Below, piece by piece: positions 37,895 to 51,273 of a DNA stretch of 64,000 bases. Position 1 is the first letter of the stretch. Every line of letters begins with the position of its first letter. The stretch lies in assembly GCA_950097015.1 (NCBI GenBank), contig CATNEN010000003.1, positions 11,842,001-11,906,000 of the forward strand. The letters are read 5' to 3'. The DNA comes from Macrostomum hystrix (taxonomy: Eukaryota > Animalia > Platyhelminthes). Below the pieces are notes generated by a model. It was not told where the DNA came from and did no database searches. It saw only the letters and a program-made list of their open reading frames with translations. The position numbers and the translations under genes were made by a program.

Positions 37895-38140
37895 GCTCTC
37901 TACTTCCCCAGGTAGATTAGGAGAGGTAAGGCTATCCGCCCTCTACTTTTCCTCCGAGTAGATTGGTATAGGTAGACTTCCGCCCTCTACTCTTCCTTCG
38001 GGTAGATTAAGAAAGGTAGGCAATGCGCCCTCTACTCTTCCTCCAGGTAGGTTAAGAAATGTGACTTCCACCCTCTACTCTCCCTGCTGGTAGATGGAGA
38101 GGTAGATTTTACTCCCTCAATCGCCCCTCTGAAGTAGATA
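37895..38140. repeat. Degenerate ~44-bp repeat with TCTAC...GTAGA hairpins
   Basis: About 5 units of CCCTCTACT-N-GTAGAT. Confidence 0.7.
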
Positions 38141-38724
38141 AAATAAGCTTCAAAATTTTTATGCAACTGGAAAATGTTTCATGTCAAGGTAAATCATATA
38201 AATCTTGTGACAGTATAAATATACTCTTAGTATTTAATACAATATTTTGAGCCGCGAAATATCTGATAAAAAATATCTATCGGAGCAGATCGCATAGTTC
38301 CGCATCGATTGATTAGCGATTAGCGATTTTAGATGATTTAGTCTGAAAAAATTCTATTTTTAGACATCATCAAAGAGAAAAAGCGAAAGTAAAGTAAAGG
38401 GGGTGGCTCACGATTCTCTCTGCTGCTATAGTTGGGCTGTAAAATATAATTTCCCATGCTTGGCTGATGGGGATTCAATACGATTGATATCGACTGATGA
38501 GTATGAGTCACAATAGGGATTTATGATCTGGCAAAAAAGTCTTTCGGTTATTTTTTACAAACAGAAAATGGAAGATGGTGTGTGAAATAGAATTTCGTGT
38601 AATATATAGCAAGGATAAAAAATAATAAAGTTGTTAAATTAAATATACTTTCTATGAGTTTATACTTTCTCGACTTCTCACACAACTATATAAAATAATA
38701 TTTGCTGGAGGGCCACTTAATTTG

Positions 38725-38955
38725 GTGCCGATATTCGCCACCATTCCGCAGATTCCTGAGCACACACACACAACACTGGTGTGTACACCTGTCCTGACTA
38801 TAAAATCTGATCAACTGTACATACTTGGAGGCTGGAAGTTAAGGGTGCGCCCTAAATGAATGTGGCCTCACCGAGGAATCGAGCTCAGGGACCTTAGTGT
38901 GATAGACAAACGCATGAAACCGCCCTGCCACTCACACACACACCCCTGACCAACT
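38725..38955 (-). mobile_element. SINE family B, degraded
   Basis: GGAATCGAGCTCAGGGACCTT and CCGCCCTGCCACTCAC match the family head. Confidence 0.7.
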
Positions 38956-41711
38956 CACAATACTCGTACATCTACAGTACAAGATAATGAAAGCTCAGAT
39001 TGGCACTCGAACCAACGGCCATTTTCTGCGCCGGGACGAGATGTGTCAACACTACTCACAGCACTGCAGTCTTGAGTATGCAGTGAAGACTTGTGCTGCA
39101 AAGTGTTTGATTGCCACTGGGAGAAGCAATTCCACTCGCGAGAGCTTCGAATTTCACTCGTGATAGAGTTACTCGACTCTGGACTACTCAAACACTTTCC
39201 TCTTGGTAATGTGTCATTATATATATAATCTGTATTTTTCAGAAACATTAATTGAATTCGAGACCGCATTTTTGATAGTGCATATATATTAGTAGCCAGC
39301 AGACAAACCTAATTATTGAATTTAAAGTCGTTCTCTCACAATCAGTTACACAATTTCGAAAAATACTCTCTCTCGAAAATTTCAAAACGCTGCAGTATAT
39401 AAACAAGAATTTCCGTAGCAACAAAGTTTATTGGCATTCTCCAGCTGTAGTACGTGTTGTATATAGCTAACTACTTTTCGTATAATTAAAATAGTTTAAT
39501 CAGAGAGCAAGACGATGGCCTTATTTTTCAAATCGATACTTAGTACTTCCTGTATTAACAAAAAGAAATATTTATTAGCTTAATCTGTCTTTTTATTCGC
39601 CGCAGTTAAATTTCGCGATTTTTCACCGCCGCCTCAGATGTAACTACTACATGCAGTATACGAGTAGATATATAGCAATATTGTTGCAATTAGCCTCAAC
39701 TGTATAGCAGCTGTACGTGTGTGGAAATTCAGGCACGATTTCTTCACGCTATATACCTGCTGTCAAAATGAAAAATTTTCAAAGCAACAGATGCCTCGAA
39801 TGGGTACACCCCCTGTACAACAGGATTTTTAACAATCTAACTTTGTTGTTAATATACAAGTATTAAAACCAGCATGTATTAATAGCCAATGTATTATAAT
39901 CCCAAAAATCAGTTATGTACAGCGCTGCTCAGTCCGTGGACTGAGAAACTGCCATGCCAAACCACTTGCACCATTGGCAATTCATCATTTCAGACCGCCA
40001 ATTGTAAGATATGGGCAACAATTTACACTGCCGACATATGAGCTAGGATCAATCTTATCTTACGAAAGCTTTTAAAGTATAATTCAACCCAAGAAATATA
40101 TTCACAAGCTTTTCGTTGCAAAAAATGTAAATTTTGCTTATTAGGAAATAGGGAAAAGCATAACTCGAGGCGCGTCTTTAAAACAAACTATAAAAGACCA
40201 GAAAAAGTATTTAACTTACTGGCTATGATTTATATACGTTGTAAATAAAAAAATTAAAGTAAGAAAAATAATACCAAAATAAAAAAAATAAAAAAACTAA
40301 GTACACTTTGTTTTACCATGTTTAGCTTAAATTGCATGCAAATTCCTTTGCCCCGACGCTCCCCACCAATTCAATTTTAAAACACTGATATAACGGCAAA
40401 GTAGCAAAGTGTATAAAGTGTATAAAGTGTATGTTCTAAGTAAACATGAATTTGATATAGTAACTTAATTTGTTCAGCGTAATTCAAAACACGGAGTAGC
40501 AAACGCCAAATGTTTACAGTGCAACAGTTGCTGCTTAAAGCGAGTGTTTATAGCGGCTGTAATATATGTCTTTAAATTGCTATAGAAACATCCGATTCTA
40601 CAGGCACAAATTGCGGCGGATGATGTAAGTATAAGTGTAGTTAATTATTATCTAATGCTACATTTTGTTTCATCAAGTATATGTAACAAGCAATAAGTAT
40701 TTTTGGAGTGGTCTTTATGATTTTTATGTTTAATTGGTAGGTATTTTAGTATTTCTAGACATACACGGCATTACACAGCTCTTCAGGCACATTGCCTGAT
40801 ATTTGACTTGATTTCGGCCTATCCAGCACGCATCATCTGTTGCTGATCAACTAATCATTTGAGTTAAAACCAAAACTTTTGACTTTTAACAAATTTTTTA
40901 ATTGTAAGCAGTCTAAAATTCACAATTTATGTCAAGCTTTGCTGCATTTAGACAAAAAATAAAGGAAGTGCTTATTCCCATGGTCCTGTGTCAATAATTT
41001 CAATTTTATATAAACAGATCCATGCCAATAATTTTCTGCTTATCCACACAGCAGCTTGTATGAATAGGTCTACTTTCAAGTCCCTTACCTATTTTTCTCT
41101 GACATAAGGCTTTTGCTTCAGAATGTAGTGTATTGTGTACACTGTCAATGCATAGGCCCCTAGTGTAAAATAAGAACAATGATATATAATATGTGTGACA
41201 AGTTTGGTGCTGACTAGAATTCTGCTGGTTGATTTGTATGATTTTCTTTGATAGACTTCTTACTTTTTAAGTCAATACAATTCAAATAAAAACATATAAT
41301 GAAGACAATAATTATTACAATAATTAAAAGAATGACATTAATATCGGTTAATGAATGTGTAGGTTGAAATGTAGAACACTGTCATAATGTGCACTGACAA
41401 CTTTCCATAGTCCAGATCATGCTAGACTTTGCTGGAAGAAAAATCCAAAATTTTTTGGCACTTACGCCAACCAAAAAAAGGTCCCTCACAATTCTTGTTA
41501 ATCCATGTCTCTTTATCGGCCTCCTTGCTTGCTGCCCTTGACTATTACATGGATGTCTCTCTCACTCTAACCAGCACATGCACACAATTAGTTTTTCAAG
41601 TCATTTGGCAAGCCCCTTCTCATTGGTCACGTCCATCCGGCTCTAGCAGAATGATGGTTGCCGATGAAGGGGCAGCAGCAGGATGTCTTAAACCTCCGCT
41701 TGTCATCCACT

Positions 41712-42350
41712 TTACTGACAATGCATTTCATTGCCCAACAATCCGTAAAAAGTGGAGCCCGGTACGCGGATGCCCTGCTGGCTATCCCCAGCGTGGTACA
41801 GCTGGGCAGCTTCGTTAAGAAGTCGCTCGCATGATTCACTACTGACGGGTGGCAGCATCCAACAAAGCTTCGTCCGGTGCTCAAGGGTCATGTTGCACTG
41901 GCCACCCTGCTGCTGTTGCGACTGCATGGTTGAATAGAATGACTCGACTATTGCCTCTGGAATTGAAAAAATGGGAGCTGTTTTATAGGCTTTTGTGTAA
42001 ATTATTACAGTGTTTAAGAGTTTTGAGATCTAGTTACTATTTTGAAACCTTAATATATTATTCTAAATGAAAGCGCTTCCTACCAGTGCCACTGGGATGA
42101 AGTGCAAAGTCGAGCAGCGCACAGGTCAACTGACCAGCAAGACCAAAGACGAGTGGGTCCAAATAGAATGACTGATAGATCGCCGCCTCATTGATAGTAG
42201 CTGTATACTCCTGCCCAGTACTCGTCGTTCCAGACAGGCGTAGGGTGAGGTCTGCCAGGGAACCTGGTGGGGCGCAAGAGGTGCATAATGGGGCCGTCTA
42301 TGTCCAGCTCCAGCCAGCCTTGGCGGCCATCGCCCGTCAGAATGACCTGG
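41712..42350 (-). pseudogene. Spliced coding remnant, possibly a hAT-like transposase C-terminus (exons ~42350-42084 and 41956-41712)
   Basis: Phase-1 splice gives ...ALHPSGT/EAIVESFYSTMQ...TLEHRTKLCW, reminiscent of the hAT dimerisation motif; in-frame stops upstream. Confidence 0.35.
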
Positions 42351-43309
42351 CAAAGATTATTGTTGACTTGTATTACAAAGGAAAACATTATGAAAAGTTA
42401 CTCCTTTCACTTGATTAGTAACAGTGCAGTAAATGCCAAATATGTAAAGACTAAAGTAAAGACTGAAAAAGTGAAAAGACTATGATAATGTCACTATCGC
42501 CATGTCAGTAATTTCTGTGATTTCTCTGATTACACTGATTGAAGAAGCTAGGAATGGTATTTGTGCTTTAGCAAATAGACAATAGCAAGTAAAAAGTTGC
42601 AAAGAAAATGATAAGATGTTAGATGCCAAAGGCAAAGGACTAGAACTTAAAAAAGCTAGAGTTAGATGAATTGAAACAATAGACTAATAGAATAGATAAT
42701 TCACAATTAATCAGTGATTAATTAAATTCAGAAGTTGCAACTGTTTATAAATCTCGCAAGTTGCAAATTCTGAATCAAGAATCAAAGTAAGCATCTTAAA
42801 GCTAAGAAAACTTTTGCTATCCTACAATAGATATTCTGCTATCTCATTTATACAAACTGCAATATTTTAATGAACTTTGTTTTAATGCTGCTCTTTAACA
42901 TCATAATTAATGCTAATGTGTAATGTTCTATAGTGATACATTTGATTTTGAATGATCTCATTTGTGCCAACATTTATGCCACTTGATTTATGCCATGTAC
43001 TTCCACCAAGCACTTATGCCAAGGTACATTTTGGCCTATACTTATGCCAAGCACTTACGCCAGCCTCCGATCCCAAACCAGATTTATGCTGGAAATCTCC
43101 GGCATAAACGACATGATCCGGACTATGGACAACTTTGTCAATCTATTGGCTTGAAGGTTCAACAAAATGTTTAAACCTGAAAGGGCCTCATTTCAAAGAA
43201 CAGAACCATGTGGATAAAATTGAAATTAATAGCATGGCATATTTATATAAAGAGTTGTAGACCTATTCATACAAGCTGCCGTGTAGATAAGCAGAAAAAT
43301 AAGCACCAA

Positions 43310-44662
43310 GAGACGCTGCTGAAGTAGATTTCAACCGCAAACTTCATCAAACCCGAGTAAAGATTGAGTGTGCAATTGGAATGCTCAAGTCACGTCTTAG
43401 ATGTTTAAACCGTCACTCGGGGTGCCTACGGTTCGAGCCTGCGAAATGTTGCAGAATCATCAGCGCATGCTTCGTGCTTCATAACATTGCTATGCTGCGT
43501 GGCATGCCTCTAGAGACACCTCTTGCGCCACCCAATAAGGGAATGGATGATACAATCGTTGACGACAACATTGGTGCTGGGAGAGCAGAAAGAGTACAAA
43601 TAATGAGATCACTATAAAGAATAATCAGTGTTTGACGATGATGCAGCCCTTCTCAAACACAATCGTTACTGTTAATCCTAGCTTTGCATTACACTTTGTG
43701 TATCACTTACGTGTTTTGGGTTTGCGCCCTGATCTGCCTGGGCTTGTCAACGCGGTTTGCACAAACTAACTGCCCGCATTTCTCAGTTTATTTTCACGAC
43801 AATGCATTTCATGAGTTAAGCAACGAGTAACATAATGTTTGGTGTATAACAAAAAAGGTAGCAACACATACTCGTACTTCTATATTGTACGCATGTTAAC
43901 GTTGCAGTCCATCAATGCAGCTTCGTGAGCCCTAACATCTCCCGTTCTATCGCCAGTCGTTCGCGTTCAACTGTCAGTCTTTCCTTCTCCACCTCCAGAC
44001 GTGCCTATTCTGTTGCGTGTCTCTGCTCCTCAATCGCGTAAAAGTTATCCATGTCATCCATCTTCCACTTGGTTCTCTTAGGAGTCGCTTGCGGAGTGCC
44101 AACTTCACCTCATCCAGCTTCTTGGTTAGCCGCCTCGTCACACCTGGGCAGAGTGGCCGCCACGGTTGGTCCAAAATTGGCCATCGTGTCATCGTTCAAA
44201 CTGCCCTTTGGAGCGGTTGACGGCGCACTCATAGAATCACACCCACCGGGTACTCCGTTGACACTCTCGGGTGCAATCAGAGCCAATGCTTCTTGATCTT
44301 GAGGACTCAAGTCGGGTGCAGTAGGTGGTCCACCTCCGGTCGCGCAGTAGTCCTTCTTTTGAGTCGCAAACTTCATCTTCGCGTCAGACTTTACATCACA
44401 CCACTTCTTTCTGCAGTCGTCGCCAGATCGTTTGCTTCCTCCAACGACGTTCACTTTCAATGCAATGTTGTCCCAACAGGCCTTCTTTTGCTTCTGCATC
44501 TCGTTAATCCTTTGAATTTATTACGCTAAGATATCGCTTGACGCATTCCATTAACTCTTCCTTCTCAGAGCAGGCTTGCGAGCCTTTCCAGCAAGCCATA
44601 AGTATGCCTTCCCCAACTTACGTCTATGTCCAAGCCTAAGTGACTTTCGAGAAACGCCCCCC
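43310..44662. mobile_element. PIF/Harbinger transposon remnant: DDE transposase 3' end (+, 43310-43617) convergent with a Myb/SANT gene (-, ~43910-44500)
   Basis: FNRKLHQTRVKIECAIGMLKSR...ACFVLHN (HARBI1-like); WDNIA...CRKKWCDVK...TGGG (Myb_DNA-bind_5-like) with stops; TIR-like CTTTCGAGAAACGCCCCCC ending at 44662. Confidence 0.85.
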
Positions 44663-45486
44663 TGTGCAACTTAGTTTTGACCCTATAAATGTTGCAAGTA
44701 TGCAAGATCCAAGCATACAAACAAAGATAAAACCAAAAGAAAAGCAGAATAAAAATAATAGAAAAATAACTAGTTATAAAAAATAGCAAGTCAATTAGGT
44801 AAAAAAGAGAATAAAAACAGAAGGAAAAAATGTCAAAATTAAAAAAAGAGAAAGTCTTAGACTATAAGAAAATGAAGACAAAAGTAGGTATAGAAGAAAA
44901 AAATTTAGAGAGTATAAAAAATATAAAAAACGAAAATAATGTCTGTATAGAGTAGATACAAAAGAAAAAATACCTAATCAAAGAAATGTCCTAAATTAGA
45001 AGTTGTCATTATACCTAAAAAGCAATAGTAAGTTTTAGAGAAAACTTTATCATAGTTTGATTTGTCTTAGATCTTAAATGATTCTTAATTCTGGTAACTT
45101 GAAGTTTCTCTTATCCATGACTTTGCACTGACATTGCATTAGTAAAAAACTGCTATTTATGAAGCCTTTAGCCATTTTTGTACATAACATAATGTTGTGT
45201 AAATGCTTGTGTGTTATTTTTACATAAGTTTATTTGCCATCAAATGTTGCATGTTTGCCAAATTATTTTTGTTTTAAGATTAGCAAATGGCTATATAGCC
45301 ATAGTCTGATATCATTGGAATAAAAATATAATAAAATAAATTGATAATAAAAGAAAATAATAATATAATAAAAAATCACAGTAAGGTCACAAGAAATATT
45401 TTTCATTTATCTGCATCTTACTTTCTGTGCTTAAAAATCTGTCCATCTTATTTGCCACTCACTCACTCCAATTTCAAATTTTGCAG

Positions 45487-48463
45487 TTCTAAGAAGACAC
45501 TTTTGATACTACTCTGCTTATCTGTTATACCACTGTATCTGGTCTACAATGGAAATTTATTTTCTGACAAAGAAATAATTATAAAAACCAGTAAGTGTTC
45601 ATAGCCCAACTCCAAATAACTTGCAGTTACTATAATAAAAAAAATAAAAAAATAATTACGGTGTGCATTTGTAACTGTTTTAGAACGGCTTGACGACTGT
45701 GTAAACAGTGTTTCCAAGAGTGTGCTACCATTGATTGAGAGCTATGATGCACTCTCGTATTACGTGAGCGATCGAGAGCACAATGCCGAATTCTTTCCAT
45801 ACATTGGCAACGGTTATTTTGGCACATCGCCTATCGGAAATCAGCGTCTATACATCCGGGACAAGTTGTCGCTGCAAGTGCCTGTACCGTTTGATGTTCT
45901 GTTCGACTTCAGTTTAACTGGGTTCTCTTCTCTGGGTAAATTATTGATTTTTATGGCATGACATTGCTCTTAAAATTTAAGCTCCGACGTTTTTTTAACT
46001 TAAAATCCCGTTTTTTAGAGCGAGTTCTTCTTGATCTTTCTAATGGAGTGTATCATAAATTTGGCTGCTATAAGCAGGTAATGCTAATTAATTTGACTAA
46101 TGAAATCGAGTTAAAAGTGTTGTACTGCTTTGATAGTTAAAAGTCAGACTTTTCATAAGCATCTTTCATTTATTGCTTTTCTAGTTTGTAAAATCTGATT
46201 TCGAAAATAGCAAATATTTTAAGGTAAAATTATTGTAAAGGAGTTTTCTTTTAATTCAGAGTTCCTTTTTTAATTCAACACCGTGTAAACTTTTCTTATT
46301 AAGGTGTAGTTGAATGGTTAAACTACAGCGTTTATGGTTATTTGATCAGTTTCATTTTAAAAGTCTTGGCCTGTGCTTATCATGTCTATGCATCTCGCTT
46401 CTAAAAAAGTATGTACTTATTGTGTACGAAAAGGCTCTAAAAAACAGCTCAATTAACTTTTTTCTAGCTTGCCTGAACTTAAAATTTCTCATACCTCCTC
46501 TTTGGACAAAGTTTTTTTACTTTAAATGATTATGTATCTTTTTCAGGTGTTCTTTTTGGAAAAATGTCTGGCTAGTATTAAATACGATGTATATTAAGTT
46601 TCTAGTAAATTGATGCAAAACTTATTCACTTTCTAACTAAATAAGTAAACTAAACGCTTTTTTCAGCATTCAATGTGCGTCTCAATTCACTATAGCGCTT
46701 TCGCTCATCGCTCTATACCATATCTACTGGTTCAAGAGATTAAAGCCTCTAATCCGACGGTAAGTAGTAATCGACTGTATATTATCTAGAATAATGACTT
46801 AAAATCCGAAATATTTAAACGAAATATTTTAACACCGTCCATGTCCACAACTGCAGACTAATCCTGTCAACGTGCAGCTATCAAAGAAGTCCATGCCAAA
46901 TCTCCCTGCTGGTTCAGTGCAAGGCAAAGCTAGCCTCCGCCTGTCTGATGGCACTGTGATTGATTATAGTTTATCAACTGTAGCAGCCGCTCTAGCTAAT
47001 AATCGCATTGTTATGGTAACAATAGCGGAACCATCTACGCCGGAGTATCTGCAGGTTCGCTCCGGTGCTAGCGTTACTTTAACCCTGCGCACCGTTATTC
47101 GTTATAGTGATCCTCTGAGTAAAGCACCGGATGAGCAACTATTGCGAGCATTCCATGTCAGATCTAGGCTAAATCTGCAGACTCTGCTAATCAGTCTAGG
47201 CACCGGAGCCGATGCTGCAAATCTACGATCTGGACATCAGGTAGCTTGGCGCAGTCTTTGGCAGCGCGGCTTCTCTATCACCAAATCCTTAGCGCCTGGC
47301 GCATTAAATGGCGATTCAGCGAATTGCACTCTATATTATCTAATGAGTAATCGGCCTGTTACGCCACCTATTGAATTGGCAATCAATTGGACCGGACTAG
47401 CCATACCGGCAGACAGCCTGCATCAGTACGACAGATGCTACGGTGGCAATGATTTATTGCAGGTACTGATTCATTATGATTATTGGCAATGATAGCAGAC
47501 ATATTCTGAATTTCCTTTGTTACTCTTAGCTGCCCATCTAGGTACTAAACTAATGTCGTTTAATCTACTCACTGAATAAACCATGTTTAGTCAGCTAGTT
47601 TTTAAGCTGGGATTTAAGGTCATGCTTAAGATAACAAATTATTTTCTTTGGCCGGAGTTTCGAACTACTTACCTCTTGGCGAGAAATCTAGTTACTTGTC
47701 GACAACCATTTTCAAAGCATTTCAGTGAAAAAACCCTTACTTCATTATTTCAATATTTTTTAACCTGTAGGTGGCCCAGCTGTGGCGCCGGCCTCAATCA
47801 ATCAGCGACCTAAACAGCTTAGTCGACCAATGGCTTGTGACGCTTGTAAAATTCGGTTGCTCCCATCTAGTCGAAGCTGGCTCCGTCGGCCTGTCACAAG
47901 CCGTGATTTTGGCAATCGGCGAATTTCGCTTCTCCGGTCGTCACCTAGAATTTAATTTGCACCCGTCACAGCTAGTTCGCGATATGACTTTCAGAAATAT
48001 TGCATACGGTCCTCTAGCAAATGTGAACGTCACCGTGGAAGTTGACGACTCCAACAAGGCCCTGTTGTTTGTAAGCGTCCTTGGCAACAAGAAGCCTTTC
48101 TACGCTTGCAGCGCTACGTGCGACGAGAGTTCGCCGCTTCAGTTGGGCTCTCAGCGTCTGCAATTGCCGCTCCGGATTACAAAGCCAAGAACTCCCCTGC
48201 TGTACATCAGTCCGGATATTGATCATATTCGCCAGCTCAAGCGAGCTATTCACGTCCAGGAGGTTTGGGATGCGCCCGCTCACGAGCATCACGTGATCGC
48301 CCTGCACAAGCACGGTCATCCCTACGGCGGCTTACCAATCATATTTTGGGTCGGATTAGTCCTTCTGTTGCTAGTGTTTCACATGTTTCTGTTCAAATTG
48401 GTCTATTCTGAGCTATGCCGCGGAGAGCCAGTTATTCAGCCTTATCAGAAATACTATACTTGA
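45487..48463 (+). CDS. KIAA2013: KIAA2013/DUF2152 homolog; exons 45487-45590, 45684-45935, 46019-46077, 46667-46759, 46857-47462, 47771-48463; start exon not found
   Basis: PYIGNGYFG, AHRSIPYLLVQEI, LNGDSANCTLYY and PAHEHHVIALHKHGH-GGLP-TM-FHMFLFKL motifs; consistent splice phases. Confidence 0.8.
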
Positions 48464-49316
48464 GTACCAGAGCTGCTCTACTTTTCATTCCTGTGCCTAG
48501 ATTTGAATATTCTGATTTCCATTTTTTCTCATTGTTACAACTGGGCTGTGTTCCTCTATCATCTATGCTTACTTAAGCGTAGAATGTGTATAATTATTCA
48601 TACATAACTTTAAGCCACCTGTGACTGCCTACTGTAAGAACGAATATTAGCTTGCAAAAAATTCTATGTACTGCATAGTTTTAACCTATGTGTTTATTGA
48701 AACAATCATAACTGCCAAATCTACTGCACCCACTGTTAGTGGAGTCTGTGAATGATCGCTGTCTGAGAATATGCTTTAAGCTACTTAATAGTATGAAGCG
48801 ATAGAAAGTTTTTTGTTTGTGCCTGCAGCTCTCGCTTTACTCGTTGCGAAAATAAAGGTTACACCGTAAACGGTATGGTTTGAGTTTTTATAAGAAATGT
48901 TACCCTTTCATTCATCATTATTTTTGCAACTGAAACCAATATGTTCCCAGTCTTATAATCAGCATTTAACACATTATTTTAGTGTTCTTTCTCCCCTGTC
49001 TTCCATTTCTCTAAGCATCACTTTACCTAATAAACCTATTCCCATAAGCTAGTTTCCCTAATCATCCCCGTCGCCCAGTATTCCCATTCCCTTAATATCA
49101 CGTTCCCAAATTTTCCCATCGATTCCCCAATCTCCCCATTCTCTAAACATCATTTTCCTGACTCTTTACTCTTCCCATTCCCCAAACTGCATATTTCCCT
49201 CTATCCTCACTCTTCCCATTGTCTAGTGTTTCTAAAGAATGTTCAGTTGCTAATGAGTGACCATCGCAAATCACTATTTCAGCTGTGCTAGGGGCCCGGA
49301 GGACAGAACTGAGAAA

Positions 49317-50687
49317 ATGTCGCACCGAAAGTTCAGCGCGCCGCGCCACGGCTCCCTCGGCTTCCTCCCCAAGAAGCGGTCGCGTCGTCATCGCGGCAAA
49401 TGCAAGTCCTTCCCCAAGGACGACAAGAAAAAGCCCATTCACCTGACGGCCTTCCTTGGCTACAAGGCCGGCATGACCCACATTGTCCGCGAGTTGGACC
49501 GGCCTGGCTCCAAGGCCAACAAGAAGGAAATTGTTGAGCCAGTGACCATCATTGAGACACCGCCGATGATCATTGTTGGCATCGTTGGCTACATTGAAAC
49601 CGCCAAGGGTCTGCGCGCCTTCAAGACCGTCTTCGCTGAGCACCTGAGCGAGGAGTGCAGACGCCGCTTTTACAAGAACTGGTAAGTTTGAAGGGCTTTC
49701 GTCAGCTACTACTCTACCTCTGCATCGTTTTATCTCATTCTTGACAGAATTTTTTGCAAAATGACAACGCATTATACACTACTAATAGTGCTAGGTCACA
49801 GTAAAGTCCTACAAATTCAAATCACAAGGCTTTTACCATGACCTCCACCTCCGTACAGGTACAAGAGCAAGAAGAAGGCTTTCACCAAGTACGCCAAGAA
49901 GTGGACTGAGCCAGCTGGCCAGAAGGAGATCGAGACCGACTTGGCCAAGATGAAGAAGTACTGCACCGTGATCAGAGTGCTGGCTCATACCCAGATGAAA
50001 CTGCTCAAGCGCCGTCAGAAGAAGGCCCACCTGATGGAGATCCAGGTGAACGGCGGCAGCATCGCGGAGAAGGTCGACTGGGCCAAGTCTCACCTAGAGA
50101 AGCAGGTGCCAGTTGGCCAGGTGTTCTCCATGGACGAAGTGATCGACATTGTCGGCGTCACCAAAGGCCACGGCTACAAGGGCGTCACCAGCCGTTGGCA
50201 CACCACCAAACTGCCGCGCAAGACTCACAAGGGTCTGCGCAAAGTTGCCTGCATCGGCGCCTGGCATCCGGCTCGGGTGGCCTTCTCAGTGGCCAGGGCT
50301 GGCCAGAAGGGCTACTTTCATCGCACCGAGATCAACAAGAAGATCTACCGCATGGGTCAGGCTGTTTACCAGGCCGAGGGCAAAATTGTGCACAACGCCT
50401 CGACCGAATTCGACCTGACAGACAAAAGCATCACTCCACTGGGTGGCTTCCCGCACTACGGCGAGGTCAACCAGGACTTTGTCATGATCAAGGGCTGCTG
50501 CATCGGACCCAAGAAGCGCGTCCTGACCCTGCGCAAGTCTCTGATGAGCCACACCAAGAAGCAGGCCATCGAGCAGGTCGCTCTGAAGTTCATCGACACC
50601 AGCTCGAAGTTCGGCCACGGCCGCTTCCAGACCATCGCCGAGAAGAAGACATTCATGGGCCCGCTGAAGAAAGACGCCAAGGAATGA
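49317..50687 (+). CDS. RPL3: 60S ribosomal protein L3 (uL3); exons 49317-49681 and 49859-50687
   Basis: [21 protein letters not shown]...[16 protein letters not shown]; AATAAA near 50816. Confidence 0.98.
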
Positions 50688-51012
50688 GCGGCTTGATGGG
50701 CAAGGAGGATGACTCAAGACTTGAATTGGGCTTCATTTTCTAGCCTTGCTGTTTGGCTGCGGCTGTCTGAATGAAAGGCTGACTGGCCCAGATGGATTGG
50801 CACTGAGAAATATTCAATAAAATAAAAACTGTCAGCGCTAAAGCAGTAATGACGGAGATGCTTTAGTGAATTACCTGTGGATTGAAAAAATATCGTCTGT
50901 CTTTGGTCTTGAATTTATTTGTGCATAGTTGAACTTATCTGCCTTCTTTTTTATTTACACCTTTTAGTTACTCATATCCTGAAATTGTCAATGACCCGGT
51001 TTTTCTGATAAT

Positions 51013-51082
51013 GGGTTGTAGCCTAGTGATTAGAGCGTCGGACTCACGATTTGAAAAGTTCGGGGGTTCGATTCTCGAGCCC
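51013..51082 (+). mobile_element. tRNA-derived SINE head, family A
   Basis: TAGCCTAGTGATTAGAGCG...GGTTCGATTCTC. Confidence 0.65.
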
Positions 51083-51273
51083 CTTGCCCCCCTGACCGAT
51101 GTTACTCCGCCTTAACAATTTATATTGAAACTTAACTTACCAGGGTTAGCAGAGGTCTTTTTATTAAATTACTATTAATTATTATAATAACCTGAACTCA
51201 CGACCCTCACCTTCCAGCCACTGAGCTGCGCTCCCTGTTTAGCAATCGTCTCTAGACTCACAGCTAGTCAAGC

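Noticed and set aside
37895-38140. Resemblance to the Cas12a direct-repeat stem (TCTAC/GTAGAT)
   Set aside because: Eukaryotic context, degenerate repeats, short mutually similar linkers and no cas genes
43181-43200. Left Harbinger TIR (GGGCCTCATTTCAAAG)
   Set aside because: Too weak a match to the right end and no clear 3-bp TSD; the left part appears deleted
49682-49858. Intronic H/ACA snoRNA in RPL3
   Set aside because: One hairpin (TGAC-GCATTAT/ATAGTGC-GTCA) is visible, but there is no convincing H box or first hairpin; a snoRNA covariance search would be needed
49143-50743. Antisense and alternate-frame ORFs over RPL3 (likewise over the cadherin, LINE and UFD1)
   Set aside because: Shadow ORFs of GC3-rich coding sequence
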